This document shows, piece by piece, positions 47,850-57,480 of a stretch of 59,762 nt of DNA (its first letter is position 1; the number at the start of each line of letters is the position of its first letter). The position numbers were made by a program, and so were the translations under genes. Below the pieces are notes generated by a model, which was given only the letters and a program-made list of their open reading frames with translations, had not been told where the DNA came from and did no database searches. The DNA is taken from the IMG/VR virus record IMGVR_UViG_3300033148_002141, positions 1 through 59,762 of that record; one strand, given 5' to 3'. This DNA is from a virus (Duplodnaviria; Caudoviricetes).

Positions 47850-49550
47850 TTATCCAAGCACGACGCCGGACGTATTCCGACGCCGCTGCTCGGCCTGAAT
47901 TGCCAACAAGTGGTCTGTCCATGCTTTGCTGTGCGTCGTTCGCCGGGGCGGCTCGACGTATCCCGGTCGGAACGCAGCCAAATACTCTGCACATTGTACG
48001 AGTTCATCACATCCGGGGAACTTCACTCGTTTCGTGCCGGTCTTGTGATCGTATTGCGCACGGCGAATCTGCCGTTCTAATTCGGGCATCTTGCCGCGAT
48101 GTATTTGCAGTATGGCCGTCCCTGCAAACGGGCCGATTTCCCGGACCGTCATCCACGACAGCAGTGCTTCCTCCCTACCCAGAATGTCGTCGCTGCCGGG
48201 AAAAAAGCCCGCCATGGGACCTTGCCGCCTGGGTAGGAAGTCCACGAGTTTCAGGGCTTCCCAATAATGCTGCGCCGTTGTTCGATCGTCTTTCGCGCCC
48301 ACAGCGACTTGCCGGCCCATTCGCTGGTCCATCACGATGGCTTCCAATTGGTGTCCGCCATGCCGCTCTTTCAGCGCCCGAGCCCAGATCATGGCGTTCA
48401 CCCCGCCCTCCAGCATGTAAGCATCGTACACTTCGACGTACTTTTCGTCCGGGTCCACGGCGGCCAAGAGCGTGCCGGCCCATTGTCGTCCCGGGTCAAC
48501 CGCCGCATATCGACTGTAGTTCTCCGGAATGGCCCTCGGTTCGCAACCGTGAAGTCCCTGGGGATCGAATAGCCGGTCATAGACCCTTCGCCCGACGGCC
48601 CCGTACTCGCCGTGGAATTTGACCCGCCGAGCATCTTCATTCGGCAGATCGTCGTAAAACGCCTGCTTCTCGTCGGCGTCGATATACGGGTTGTCCATAA
48701 TCAAGAACGTGAATCGCTGTACGCGAGGGTCGCCGGCCAACGCCCGGTCTCGCAATTCGATCAGGTACGGATTGGCGTGTTCCGGACATGCGGAACAGAC
48801 GCCCTTCCCGTGTACGTCCACGAATCCGCGCGCCATCTCGCTCTGAAACAATTCGTTCCCGATATGCTCGTCGATCCACCCGTAATGGTATACGTCCCCT
48901 TGTGGCGGATTGGCCGAGCCACCAGCCGACCGCCACAATGAGCGCCAACCGGTCGTGCGGAATCGGATCAACCGCGGCTCGCGCTTGCCGAAGTCCTCGT
49001 ATTTGACCTCGACCAGGTGCGGTGGAATCAGCGGTGGAGCATCCCGCCACTTCTCCTTGTAGGCCAGATCGTACGGGTCCAATTCCACTGGATTGTCCGG
49101 ATTCGGCCGGACGGCACGCCACTTGCCCGAATGTTCGTCCTGAATGATCTTGAATGCGCCCGGTTCACTCAATTTGCGCCACATCGTCTGCGATAGATGA
49201 TCGGCACTCAAACCCACCACCAGACTATTGCCGTTATATCGCGGGAACTTGTCGTAAGGATCACACCCCAAATGGGCCCGGGCGTACTCCACTGCGGCAC
49301 TAAGCGTTTTGCCGCTCCTGTTCGACCCGTCTGCCAACCGCCATCGGGCTGAACACGCATGAAACGCCGCTCCCACCGGCAGCGGCCTGAACAAGACCAG
49401 TGCTTCCATCCGCTTCTTCACCAGCTTGGCCAGCACCCGGCGCAAGCGCTCGGTCTGCGGAGACGGCACCGTGCCGCCGTTCCGGGAATGAGGGCGCACC
49501 GATTCGCCTCGCAATTCCCGCTCCAGCGCTTCTCGATCGAAATCAATCAT
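47850..49550 (-). CDS. terL: terminase large subunit
   Basis: Walker A GSNRSGKT, Walker B GWIDE, DNPYI, RNase H-like AVDPG, late DELVQCAEY. Confidence 0.88.
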   Translation of the reverse strand: MIDFDREALERELRGESVRPHSRNGGTVPSPQTERLRRVLAKLVKKRMEALVLFRPLPVGAAFHACSARWRLADGSNRSGKTLSAAVEYARAHLGCDPYDKFPRYNGNSLVVGLSADHLSQTMWRKLSEPGAFKIIQDEHSGKWRAVRPNPDNPVELDPYDLAYKEKWRDAPPLIPPHLVEVKYEDFGKREPRLIRFRTTGWRSLWRSAGGSANPPQGDVYHYGWIDEHIGNELFQSEMARGFVDVHGKGVCSACPEHANPYLIELRDRALAGDPRVQRFTFLIMDNPYIDADEKQAFYDDLPNEDARRVKFHGEYGAVGRRVYDRLFDPQGLHGCEPRAIPENYSRYAAVDPGRQWAGTLLAAVDPDEKYVEVYDAYMLEGGVNAMIWARALKERHGGHQLEAIVMDQRMGRQVAVGAKDDRTTAQHYWEALKLVDFLPRRQGPMAGFFPGSDDILGREEALLSWMTVREIGPFAGTAILQIHRGKMPELERQIRRAQYDHKTGTKRVKFPGCDELVQCAEYLAAFRPGYVEPPRRTTHSKAWTDHLLAIQAEQRRRNTSGVVLG

Positions 49551-49833
49551 CGGCTTGTAGCAGTGCCTTGGCTTCCGCTTCCAGCGCTTCGATGTCGTCC
49601 GGCAAATCGTCATCTTCGGGCTCAGAAGTGACGTTGATGATCTTTAGAATCTCGATCATCAACCGCACCCGATTCTGCTCGTTCTTCGCGGTCCTTTGCA
49701 GCCGGGTGACTTCCTTCCCCAATTCCTCCAGCCCGTCGTATTCTTCGATAATCGAAGCTACCAGCGGCCGAATGTCGATGCGGCGCTCGAGCCCTTTGCG
49801 CAGCTCCCGTATTGTGTCGATCTCGTCAGCCAT
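49543..49833 (-). CDS. putative terminase small subunit
   Basis: Small helical protein overlapping the TerL start; positional inference only. Confidence 0.4.
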   Translation of the reverse strand: MADEIDTIRELRKGLERRIDIRPLVASIIEEYDGLEELGKEVTRLQRTAKNEQNRVRLMIEILKIINVTSEPEDDDLPDDIEALEAEAKALLQADD

Positions 49834-49843
49834 CGCAATCCCG

Positions 49844-50152
49844 CTATCGGTAGTGCTGCAATTCGTCGCAGACGACAACCAACCGCTCTCTGGCCTTGTA
49901 TTCGCCCCGTGTTTTCCATGTATATCGCCGCAGCGGTCCATTGATCCGAACACGAGTACCTTTTTTCAGTCCGGCCAATCGTTCCGCTATATCGCCGCTG
50001 GCTTGCACGGGAATCTCCTGCCCGGCCGCTTTCACAACTGCCTCGACCCGCTGGCCATTCTTACCAGGGGCCAGCAGACAGGGCATTTCCGTCAATACCC
50101 CCAGAAGTATCACTCGGCAGGACGTATCATCGCCTCGGCCGTGCTCAGCCAT
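49844..50152 (-). CDS. SSB/PriB-like OB-fold protein lacking an acidic tail
   Basis: RVILLGVL...G.IAE.L..LKKGTRVRINGPLR...WKT. Confidence 0.7.
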   Translation of the reverse strand: MAEHGRGDDTSCRVILLGVLTEMPCLLAPGKNGQRVEAVVKAAGQEIPVQASGDIAERLAGLKKGTRVRINGPLRRYTWKTRGEYKARERLVVVCDELQHYR

Positions 50153-50436
50153 CGCTTCCCCTCGCATAAGGGACAGTCCACCTCGCGTTCACCACAATCA
50201 CACACCTTGTACGGCATGGCCCGCTGAATCTCTACGTCAATCTCCTCCATGAGCCGCAACACCTTGGCTAGATTTAGCTGTCTCGCCCCTTCGCGCTGCT
50301 TGGCAATCTCTATCAGCGTTTGCCTCTTTACGCGCAGGCTGTACAGCCATTGTTCCAGCCGCTGACGATCGTAAAACACATCTTGAAGCATCGCGGGAAT
50401 ACGACGCCCTACTTGATCGGTTCGCCGACGTTTCAT
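50110..50436 (-). CDS. hypothetical protein with C-terminal Cys motif
   Basis: MPYKVCDC...CPLCEGKRW. Confidence 0.55.
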   Translation of the reverse strand: MKRRRTDQVGRRIPAMLQDVFYDRQRLEQWLYSLRVKRQTLIEIAKQREGARQLNLAKVLRLMEEIDVEIQRAMPYKVCDCGEREVDCPLCEGKRWLSTAEAMIRPAE

Positions 50437-50438
50437 GC

Positions 50439-50777
50439 TTACCCGTGTCCGCTGATCTTGATGGTTCTCGCTGCGCTCTGGGCGTCGCTGGCCACGATCT
50501 TCACCGAATGCAGCCCGAATACAGCACTCGGAAATTCGTGCCACGCATCGCTGGTAACTTGCGTGCTGATTTCCTCCGGCGTGCTATTGACGATCTTGCT
50601 GTACGTCCCGCCGTACTTCTCGGTCCCCACGTAAGTGACGTAATTGGGTGTCGTGAAGCCTGACGGTATGTGAAACAGCGCATCACCAAAGCCCGAGAGT
50701 TGAATCGCGCTGCTGGTCTTCTCCCCGCTGGCTATCGTGACGTCAAACGTCTGTTGCTCTCTTAGGGGGGCGGTCAT
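50439..50777 (-). CDS. small beta-rich putative virion protein
   Basis: GGAGG SD; VTIASG...S.AI.L. Confidence 0.55.
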   Translation of the reverse strand: MTAPLREQQTFDVTIASGEKTSSAIQLSGFGDALFHIPSGFTTPNYVTYVGTEKYGGTYSKIVNSTPEEISTQVTSDAWHEFPSAVFGLHSVKIVASDAQSAARTIKISGHG

Positions 50778-50780
50778 TGC

Positions 50781-51575
50781 TCAGTCCTCCCAGGAAGTGA
50801 AAGATAGTGCTTGATTGGTTGCCGTGCTCTCCGGTTCGCCGGTGAATTCGGGCGACTCCGGATCATAGCCCGGCATGTGAACGAACGCGCTCTGCCAATG
50901 GGCTGACCAGCAATTGAAGTTCACCAATACGGGCACGTCCGCCTCATAGCATTTCTTGCAGAACTTCACGTCCTGCGTCCGTTTCAAGGTGACATGATCT
51001 ATGGCTGTGTACTGGTCCTCGAAGTATGGGGGCTCCAGCCGGTCGAATACCCGCATGTCAATCAGCATCATGTGCGTGCCGACTGCCCCGACCCGCTCCC
51101 AACCACGCAATGTCTGGGCGTACTCTCGCTTGATCTTCGGCAAACGCCCGCCCGGCACTCGGGCGAATACCTGCACATCTTCCGCCGGCGGCTTGCCGCA
51201 CGCCGGCGCCGCAAGCACGCATGGCCCCACTTGTTCCGCCTGCTCCTGCATGAATCGCCACGCTTCATCCCAGAACGGGCGGAAACGATTCTGAAATCCA
51301 CGTTTCGGGTTCCATCTTACATACGGGTCGGGCCAGGCGTCCGGATCGACAGTCAGCAGATACTTGCAGTTTTCGGACCGGGCGTATTCCACGGCCATAT
51401 TCCGCATCTGGCCGATACGGTGACTGCTCGCCTCATGCAAGAACGGGTGCACTTGTGGATAGTGCTTGGCCAAGTTCATGCCGAATACGAACAGCCATGT
51501 TCCTAACTTGACCGTTTCCGTTCCGTAACCGGCCGGACGGGTCAAGCATAAACGCACTTCTTCGGGCTGGTGCAA
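50781..51575 (-). CDS. GT-A fold glycosyltransferase-like protein
   Basis: RNMAV..A....YLLTVDPD (DxD), VGT.MMLIDMRVF, QDVKFC, H. Confidence 0.7.
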   Translation of the reverse strand: MHQPEEVRLCLTRPAGYGTETVKLGTWLFVFGMNLAKHYPQVHPFLHEASSHRIGQMRNMAVEYARSENCKYLLTVDPDAWPDPYVRWNPKRGFQNRFRPFWDEAWRFMQEQAEQVGPCVLAAPACGKPPAEDVQVFARVPGGRLPKIKREYAQTLRGWERVGAVGTHMMLIDMRVFDRLEPPYFEDQYTAIDHVTLKRTQDVKFCKKCYEADVPVLVNFNCWSAHWQSAFVHMPGYDPESPEFTGEPESTATNQALSFTSWED

Positions 51576-51605
51576 AATGCGCTCTCTGCAAAGTGGTGAT
51601 AATAT

Positions 51606-51651
51606 CGGGCCGCCCGACCCGCTGTCGCCAGCAGGCGGCCAGGCGGCCCGG
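51606..51651 (-). terminator. long GC stem-loop after the capsid/decoration genes
   Basis: CGGGCCGCC...GGCGGCCCG arms with inner pairing; no strong U-tract. Confidence 0.5.
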
Positions 51652-51662
51652 TAGGGGGTACG

Positions 51663-52286
51663 TCAAGCCTGAACTCCGGTTTGGAGACCAAAGTGGACGT
51701 TCACCAATTCAGCGGTGACCTCGGAGGTCGTACCGTCCTTCAAATAGGTTGCAACGACCGTATCGGCGGCAGCCGCCTTGCCATTGCGCCCGGCACCTGC
51801 CATCTGCACGGCATCACCTGCGCTTCCTGCGGCAACACCGGTCTGCCCCTCCACCAGACACGGACCCGCTTCCACTACGTAGAACAGATCGTACTGGGCG
51901 ATGGTGGTTTCCAATCCGCCTTGCGACGTGTCTTCCGTGCCGTAGTAATAGGCGTCGTCCATCGGCTTACAGGGTTCGCCGCCGGTGCCCGCTACGCCAT
52001 CAACACGGCGTCCCCAATCGCCAGGCGTGGTGGCCGCATTGCTCAACCGGAACGACAGCCACTTTCTGGCTACAGCCAAATCACCGCCGCTGTCATTCTT
52101 TACCACCCGCAAGATGACCGGAATACCGGTGTTGTGGATGGTATCTTTCACCTGGTACAACTTCCCTTCCAGATTGGACGCCGGCCCACTATCGCTGAGG
52201 GTCACCAGACTGTTGGCTCCCCTTTTCGCGTCCGAATACGTGCTGCCACGCGGGAAAGGAAGCGCCTTTTCGATAATCGCACTCAT
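51663..52286 (-). CDS. putative capsid decoration/cement protein
   Basis: AAGGAGG SD, immediately after the MCP, Gly/Ala-rich beta protein. Confidence 0.6.
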   Translation of the reverse strand: MSAIIEKALPFPRGSTYSDAKRGANSLVTLSDSGPASNLEGKLYQVKDTIHNTGIPVILRVVKNDSGGDLAVARKWLSFRLSNAATTPGDWGRRVDGVAGTGGEPCKPMDDAYYYGTEDTSQGGLETTIAQYDLFYVVEAGPCLVEGQTGVAAGSAGDAVQMAGAGRNGKAAAADTVVATYLKDGTTSEVTAELVNVHFGLQTGVQA

Positions 52287-52300
52287 ATTAGCCCTCCTTT

Positions 52301-53365
52301 CTAGCTAATGCTGCGCAGGCAAGGGAAGAACGCCGGCGTCTCGAATCGCATGTTGCAGTACGTCCGCAACACGATCATGTCCGTCAGCGTCGTTATGTCC
52401 TCGTCAGTCTTCTTGCCAACCACCTGCCCGAGCATGTTGCGGAATTCGATGTGGTCCTTCGACAGACCGTAGGCAACATTCGGGGTGCAGTAGTGATCCG
52501 CAATCAACTCACTGCCGTTGTGACTGAGACCTCGGAACCCGAGCTTTAATAGCTCCGGAATCTGAGAGATTTCGATTCGCTCCTTGTCGTGCAAGGACAG
52601 CCGGCATAGCCGCAGCATTTCGGGCGTCATAACCCACACGTCCGGAACGATCCCGTGCAGCGATTCGACGTGCGTTTCCGCCCAATCCATTGCTTCACGC
52701 CACGTATACTGCCAGGTCTTCGTGGTGGCAGACCATCCCGAATTGGTGTAATCGGCCACGATGGGCGAATTGAAGAAATACTCCAAGGAGCCAGTCCCGT
52801 TGGGCCATGTGCCGTCAAACTTGCCGGCCCCGTAATAATTCAGGACCATGCTCAGGCCGGCATACGTTCCGGCTGGTACTCCCGCGACCCCAGATGCCGC
52901 GCTGATGTCGGAGTACATCGTCTCCAACCCATCCATGTGGTCTTCCTCGGTCGAATCGCCATCCTTGAATATCTCGGAGCAGAGATGCTTGTTGAAATCG
53001 CGCGATAGCGCATCGAGCGCCGCCTTGACAAGATTGAACAAGGCCAGCTTGTTGTCTTGCTGAACGAGTTGTTCAAATTCGCTAATCGATTCGCCCTCGC
53101 GCCAATGGTGCCACTTCACGCTGGCTTCGCGCCATCGGTTACGTCTCGGCGGTGAATAGCTGTCCATGTCGTCGGCGTATTCAGGAGTCGCTTCTTTGTA
53201 CTCCACACGCCAATTGACAGAGGGGCCGCCCTGGTTATAGGTGATTGCACCCCAGGAATCGAGAAGCCCCATTACCCGCTTGTGGCGGTCGCCGGGTTTG
53301 GTCAGCTTCTTGATCTCCTTGTCGATCGTACTGACACTTACCCGTGCACTAGATGAGACAGGCAT
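52301..53365 (-). CDS. major capsid protein
   Basis: 354 aa after the scaffold; GG..V.W.V.Y, IFKDG...HMDGL, YAGL, PD..VMT motifs. Confidence 0.78.
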   Translation of the reverse strand: MPVSSSARVSVSTIDKEIKKLTKPGDRHKRVMGLLDSWGAITYNQGGPSVNWRVEYKEATPEYADDMDSYSPPRRNRWREASVKWHHWREGESISEFEQLVQQDNKLALFNLVKAALDALSRDFNKHLCSEIFKDGDSTEEDHMDGLETMYSDISAASGVAGVPAGTYAGLSMVLNYYGAGKFDGTWPNGTGSLEYFFNSPIVADYTNSGWSATTKTWQYTWREAMDWAETHVESLHGIVPDVWVMTPEMLRLCRLSLHDKERIEISQIPELLKLGFRGLSHNGSELIADHYCTPNVAYGLSKDHIEFRNMLGQVVGKKTDEDITTLTDMIVLRTYCNMRFETPAFFPCLRSIS

Positions 53366-53573
53366 ATGACTCTCCACAAAGTGAACTTATCCGATTTGCC
53401 AAGCGAAGGGTTTATGGGCACGCTGGCATGGTGCGTTGTGGAGAAGGGCCGCGAGAAGGGTGTGGGCGTAATGCGGGAACTAGGGCGGGGTCTTCCCCGA
53501 AGGAAGAGTTGGCCGCCCCGCGTTCCCGCGCACCAGCCGCCCCCTTCTCCTTTAGCGACTGGTGTGTATCCAA
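53366..53573 (-). promoter_or_regulatory. structured 5' leader of the major capsid gene with alternative SD-pairing
   Basis: Hairpin 53564-53531, branched UUCG hairpin 53529-53473, anti-SD 53448-53436 complementary to both the SD region and the hairpin loop. Confidence 0.6.
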
Positions 53574-54551
53574 TCAGAGCATGCCGCTATCACGCATACA
53601 TGCCTGTAGGAAATCAAAGTCCTCGTCTCCAGCCGAATCCGGTGCCGGCGACACTGCCGGTCTGTGCCGAGCCGCCGGACTCGCCTTGCGCGTCGGCTGC
53701 CGTTGCGCTTCCAATCGGGCGGCACGCTGTTCGGCCAGGACGCGGAATACTCCGAGATTGCTCATATGTGGTTCGGCCGCCTTCAGTCTACGGGCAGCCT
53801 GAATGAACTCCAAGCCTTCCTTGGTAAGCTGTCCTTGCGCTCCCGGCGGCGGCGGTTGTTTGTCCACGTACAGCCATTCTGCGTTTTCCTGCTCGAATTG
53901 GTTCAGCGCTGCAATCTCCTGTTGCTGGGCCGCCTGCGATTGAAGCCATTGTTGCGTCTGTTCGGCGATTGTTTGTTCTCGCTGCTTCAGTAGCGGACCC
54001 AAGACCTGCTCCGGATCGGTTGCCAACAAGTATGCCGTCTTGGCAACCTTCGTGGATAGCTCTTGTGCCATCCGCATTTGGTCGCTCGGAACCTCGGACT
54101 TGTCCGACCGGATTTGGCTTTGCAGCAGTTGAAACTCTTCCCAGGTAGGCGCCTTGGTGCCCTCCGAAGTGCTCGCCTGCTGAGGCTGCTGCTTGCTTTG
54201 CAGGTACTCCATGACTTCCTGCATCCGTTCCGGAGGAATCAACTTCCCCCGCTGGGCGTCCTCATCACGCTGGCGTATTGCCGTGCGCAATTCCCGAACG
54301 GATCGCAAGAATTCCGCGTCATTTGTGAATCGTGTACTCGCGTTGTCGCCGTAAACCTCGTCGTACCATTTCGTCAACCGAAGTGGATCATCGTCATCGG
54401 CGGTCGATTGTTCTACACCGTCGTCCATGTCCGGAGTGTCCGCAACGGCATCATGCGTCGGCTCTTGATCCGGCTCGTCCGTCACCTGATCTCCTTGGAC
54501 ATTCGGCTGATCCTGGTCATCCACAGCATCGCTGGGCGGCTCGCTGGGCAT
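53574..54551 (-). CDS. capsid scaffolding protein
   Basis: Acidic disordered N-terminus, Gln-rich coiled coil, directly upstream of the MCP. Confidence 0.7.
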   Translation of the reverse strand: MPSEPPSDAVDDQDQPNVQGDQVTDEPDQEPTHDAVADTPDMDDGVEQSTADDDDPLRLTKWYDEVYGDNASTRFTNDAEFLRSVRELRTAIRQRDEDAQRGKLIPPERMQEVMEYLQSKQQPQQASTSEGTKAPTWEEFQLLQSQIRSDKSEVPSDQMRMAQELSTKVAKTAYLLATDPEQVLGPLLKQREQTIAEQTQQWLQSQAAQQQEIAALNQFEQENAEWLYVDKQPPPPGAQGQLTKEGLEFIQAARRLKAAEPHMSNLGVFRVLAEQRAARLEAQRQPTRKASPAARHRPAVSPAPDSAGDEDFDFLQACMRDSGML

Positions 54552-54701
54552 AATAGCGTCCCCAAGTTGAAAGCGGAGAAGGGCTTTCAATCTACGCAAC
54601 ACGACCTTGAGAAGGGGCGTCAATGACGGCAAGTTGGAGAAGGAGGGATGCCATCACTGTGACAAATTATAGCGATATGAGTTCCACCTGGACAAGCACG
54701 T

Positions 54702-55367
54702 CTATGCCAATTTCCACTTCTTTTGGAGGGTTTTCCGATTTTTTTCCCAGTACGGACGGTCAATTCCGGTGGTTTGGCTACGCTTATGGCGTATTGGTAG
54801 GGGTACCTCCCGGAGGGTTCCGCCCGATTCAACCACGCGGATTCCTAGATCGACATCTTCGCAGAGTTGCGGGACAAAAACGGGGTCGAACAGCCAGGGC
54901 CAGCGTCGTAAGAGGCCATATCGCCCCGCCACACACCAACCTTCCAGGTAGCGGTATTTGCCCACAGGAGAATCGTAGCCGAATCCATCCGGCCCGCAAT
55001 ACTTCAGTGCTGGACCGGCCAGCGCATTCTCTGTCAAAGCCTCCATCAATGGCTCGATCCACGGTCCGCAGAACTCCAAGTCATCATTCAGCACCACAAC
55101 CGCGTCATCATCATGGGCCAGCATCACCCTCCAAGCGGCATTGCACGCGCGCACAAACCCCACCCGTTCGTGGTATCGGAGCAATAGACACTCATTGCCA
55201 TATTCGGCCAAATACGCAGCCCACGTCAGCGATTCCCTGGCGCCCGCTTCGTCGTCCGTATTGCAGACCACGTAAAGCCGACACGTCGGTGTATGGCAGA
55301 CAAAGGATTCGCAGAATATCTGTAGAAGCCGAGCGTGACCGCAGGTCGGAATGATGATGTGATTCAT
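54702..55367 (-). CDS. glycosyltransferase family 2
   Basis: IIIPT, GFVRACN, VVLNDD, EDVDL, IRH. Confidence 0.85.
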   Translation of the reverse strand: MNHIIIPTCGHARLLQIFCESFVCHTPTCRLYVVCNTDDEAGARESLTWAAYLAEYGNECLLLRYHERVGFVRACNAAWRVMLAHDDDAVVVLNDDLEFCGPWIEPLMEALTENALAGPALKYCGPDGFGYDSPVGKYRYLEGWCVAGRYGLLRRWPWLFDPVFVPQLCEDVDLGIRVVESGGTLREVPLPIRHKRSQTTGIDRPYWEKNRKTLQKKWKLA

Positions 55368-55371
55368 AGAT

Positions 55372-56400
55372 TCAGAGAAAGTTCTTGTGCGGTTTTGGTT
55401 CACACAAACACTGGATTTCCCTGTTGATACCGTCGCAGCGACAGAACGGCACACATTCTCGCATGTCAATCGAGTTCACGACCTGCCGCTTGCGTTCCCC
55501 CTCCCAGATGGCCTTGAATGATTCCGTCCGGAGATTCCCCAGGTAATACTTCTCCACGCCGCGGAAGTAGCAGCAGACAGACAGGTTGCCGTCCGCCTGA
55601 ATGGTTCCCACGAATGACGCGCCGTGACACTTCTTGTACGGCCGGCGCGGCTCGCCGAATCGGCGGTACTTGTGTTCCGACGCCAGCACTTGAAAGCCTT
55701 GTCTGGCGTATTGCTTGCAGACCGGAAACACGTCTGCAATCGGGGTCTGATCCCAATTGAACGGCCGGAATTGAATGTAGTCCGGCCGTTCTTTGTCGGA
55801 GAACTCTTCGTCGAACAATCGCACGCACCGCAACATGCCAGCTTTGGTGTCCTGTCCCACAAGATAGCCCACCCCCACGGTGCATTGCTTGTCGCAATCG
55901 TGTGCTACCGCCACCAGCTTCCCGATGTTCCAGAGCACGCGATTCCATCCCCGTTCGTCGCAGCCGTGAGTTTGCCTGTATGTCGCTGCATCGTAGGCAT
56001 CCACACTTACCCGAATCCATTCGCAGGCCATCACCAGTCGCAGGCTGGCAACCGTGTGCAATAGACTGCCGTTGGTAATCAGCCCAACAGACAACCCACG
56101 CTCGTGTGCATACTTAATCGCTTCCAGAGTATCGGGATTGCATAAGGGCTCGCCGCCGCCGGTGAAAATCAGGCCCCTCACGCCGTATTCGGCCATCTGC
56201 CCGATCCAGTCCTGTGCTTCGACCAGCGACAGTTCGCCCCCAGCGCTCTTTCCGCCGCTGCACTGCGGGCAATGATGATTGCAGATGTTCGTCATGTCGA
56301 ACTCCATCGTCACCGGGGGGGCGATTTCGCCGCGCAAATACGCATCTACCCGGTCACGGTGGTGTGTCAACAACTTCGAGGACGAGAAGATTTCAGCCAT
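55372..56400 (-). CDS. radical SAM protein with SPASM/twitch domain
   Basis: CNHHCPQC, FTGGGEP, LITNG, RVSVD, C-terminal C...DGNLSVCC...LGNL...C..FCR. Confidence 0.92.
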   Translation of the reverse strand: MAEIFSSSKLLTHHRDRVDAYLRGEIAPPVTMEFDMTNICNHHCPQCSGGKSAGGELSLVEAQDWIGQMAEYGVRGLIFTGGGEPLCNPDTLEAIKYAHERGLSVGLITNGSLLHTVASLRLVMACEWIRVSVDAYDAATYRQTHGCDERGWNRVLWNIGKLVAVAHDCDKQCTVGVGYLVGQDTKAGMLRCVRLFDEEFSDKERPDYIQFRPFNWDQTPIADVFPVCKQYARQGFQVLASEHKYRRFGEPRRPYKKCHGASFVGTIQADGNLSVCCYFRGVEKYYLGNLRTESFKAIWEGERKRQVVNSIDMRECVPFCRCDGINREIQCLCEPKPHKNFL

Positions 56401-56436
56401 CGCACCATTCCCACGGTCTTGAAATAGACGCATCAT

Positions 56437-57141
56437 TTATGCCGTCGCAATCGTGCCCCATTCCACCAGCGGAGCCAGATATTCCGGCTCGCAGTGTGTC
56501 GAATACGCCGGAATGGATGACCCGATCGTCCGCCCCCGACGCCTGAGTTCACGGAACGCCTCATAACTGTGCGGCCATGTACCTTGGCTCTGCCGCTGCC
56601 ATACGTCACGGTCTGCGCGCAGCGTGTCCGCGTTTACGGCGAAGGTCGCCACCGTCGAATTCGTCCACTTCCAATGACACCACTCGCCCACAAACACCTT
56701 CGTCTCTTCCCCGCCGCCGCGCACTTCGGGATTCGGGCCGTCATTGCGATACTTGTCCGGATGATCGTATAGAGTCACGTAATCGAATCGCCGCAACCCA
56801 TCCGCCAGCACCGCCGGCGCGCCGGATCGGTGAAGGAAATCGTCTTCCAGCAGATACACGTCTCCTTGCAGCTTGCAGGCATAATCAAGCGCCTTGCGAA
56901 ACGCCCGCGCATTATGCCGCTCGTTGATGCGCATTATCATCCCGCGGTATCCCGTTTCTCTAATGCGCTGCACATACTCATCGGTCACACCGTCGCAGAT
57001 CAGCATCCATTCCGGTCCACCGTATTCCGGAGAATACTGGCCGAATACACTCAGCGCATTCCGCAAACACCCCAGATAGCTGAACCATTCAGGCCGAGGC
57101 TTTTTGCTCTGCGTCATAGATGTGCGGTAAATGATGTGCAT
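56437..57141 (-). CDS. GT-A fold glycosyltransferase
   Basis: VYLLEDDFLH, YVTLYDHPDKY, STHCE. Confidence 0.75.
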   Translation of the reverse strand: MHIIYRTSMTQSKKPRPEWFSYLGCLRNALSVFGQYSPEYGGPEWMLICDGVTDEYVQRIRETGYRGMIMRINERHNARAFRKALDYACKLQGDVYLLEDDFLHRSGAPAVLADGLRRFDYVTLYDHPDKYRNDGPNPEVRGGGEETKVFVGEWCHWKWTNSTVATFAVNADTLRADRDVWQRQSQGTWPHSYEAFRELRRRGRTIGSSIPAYSTHCEPEYLAPLVEWGTIATA

Positions 57142-57173
57142 GTACCGTCCTTCCACTGCCGCATCGCTCTTAT

Positions 57174-57428
57174 TCACGACAACCCCCTGTCTTTCAGCAT
57201 TTTGGTAATTTGCGACTTCAGAATCCCCTCGGGCCATTCGCCACCAAAGTTCAATTCGTTCGCGCCGCCTCTCAATTGCAGCACGACCGCATCGTATATC
57301 TTGGCGGCATATTCCGGATCACGATACACGCCAAAGCTGTACAGCCGGCCCGCGTAACGCACCCTCACCTGCCATCCGTCAGGCATACCGGAATACCCAG
57401 ACACACCGATGTATCCACTGGCTGCCAT
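57174..57428 (-). CDS. stand-alone AP2-domain DNA-binding protein
   Basis: SGYIGVS...WQVRV......FGVY.DPEYAAKIYD......G....LNF. Confidence 0.8.
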   Translation of the reverse strand: MAASGYIGVSGYSGMPDGWQVRVRYAGRLYSFGVYRDPEYAAKIYDAVVLQLRGGANELNFGGEWPEGILKSQITKMLKDRGLS

Positions 57429-57480
57429 GTGTCACGTCCTTTCGGTTCGAATTGAATACACGTCTTGCGTCGCTGCAACG

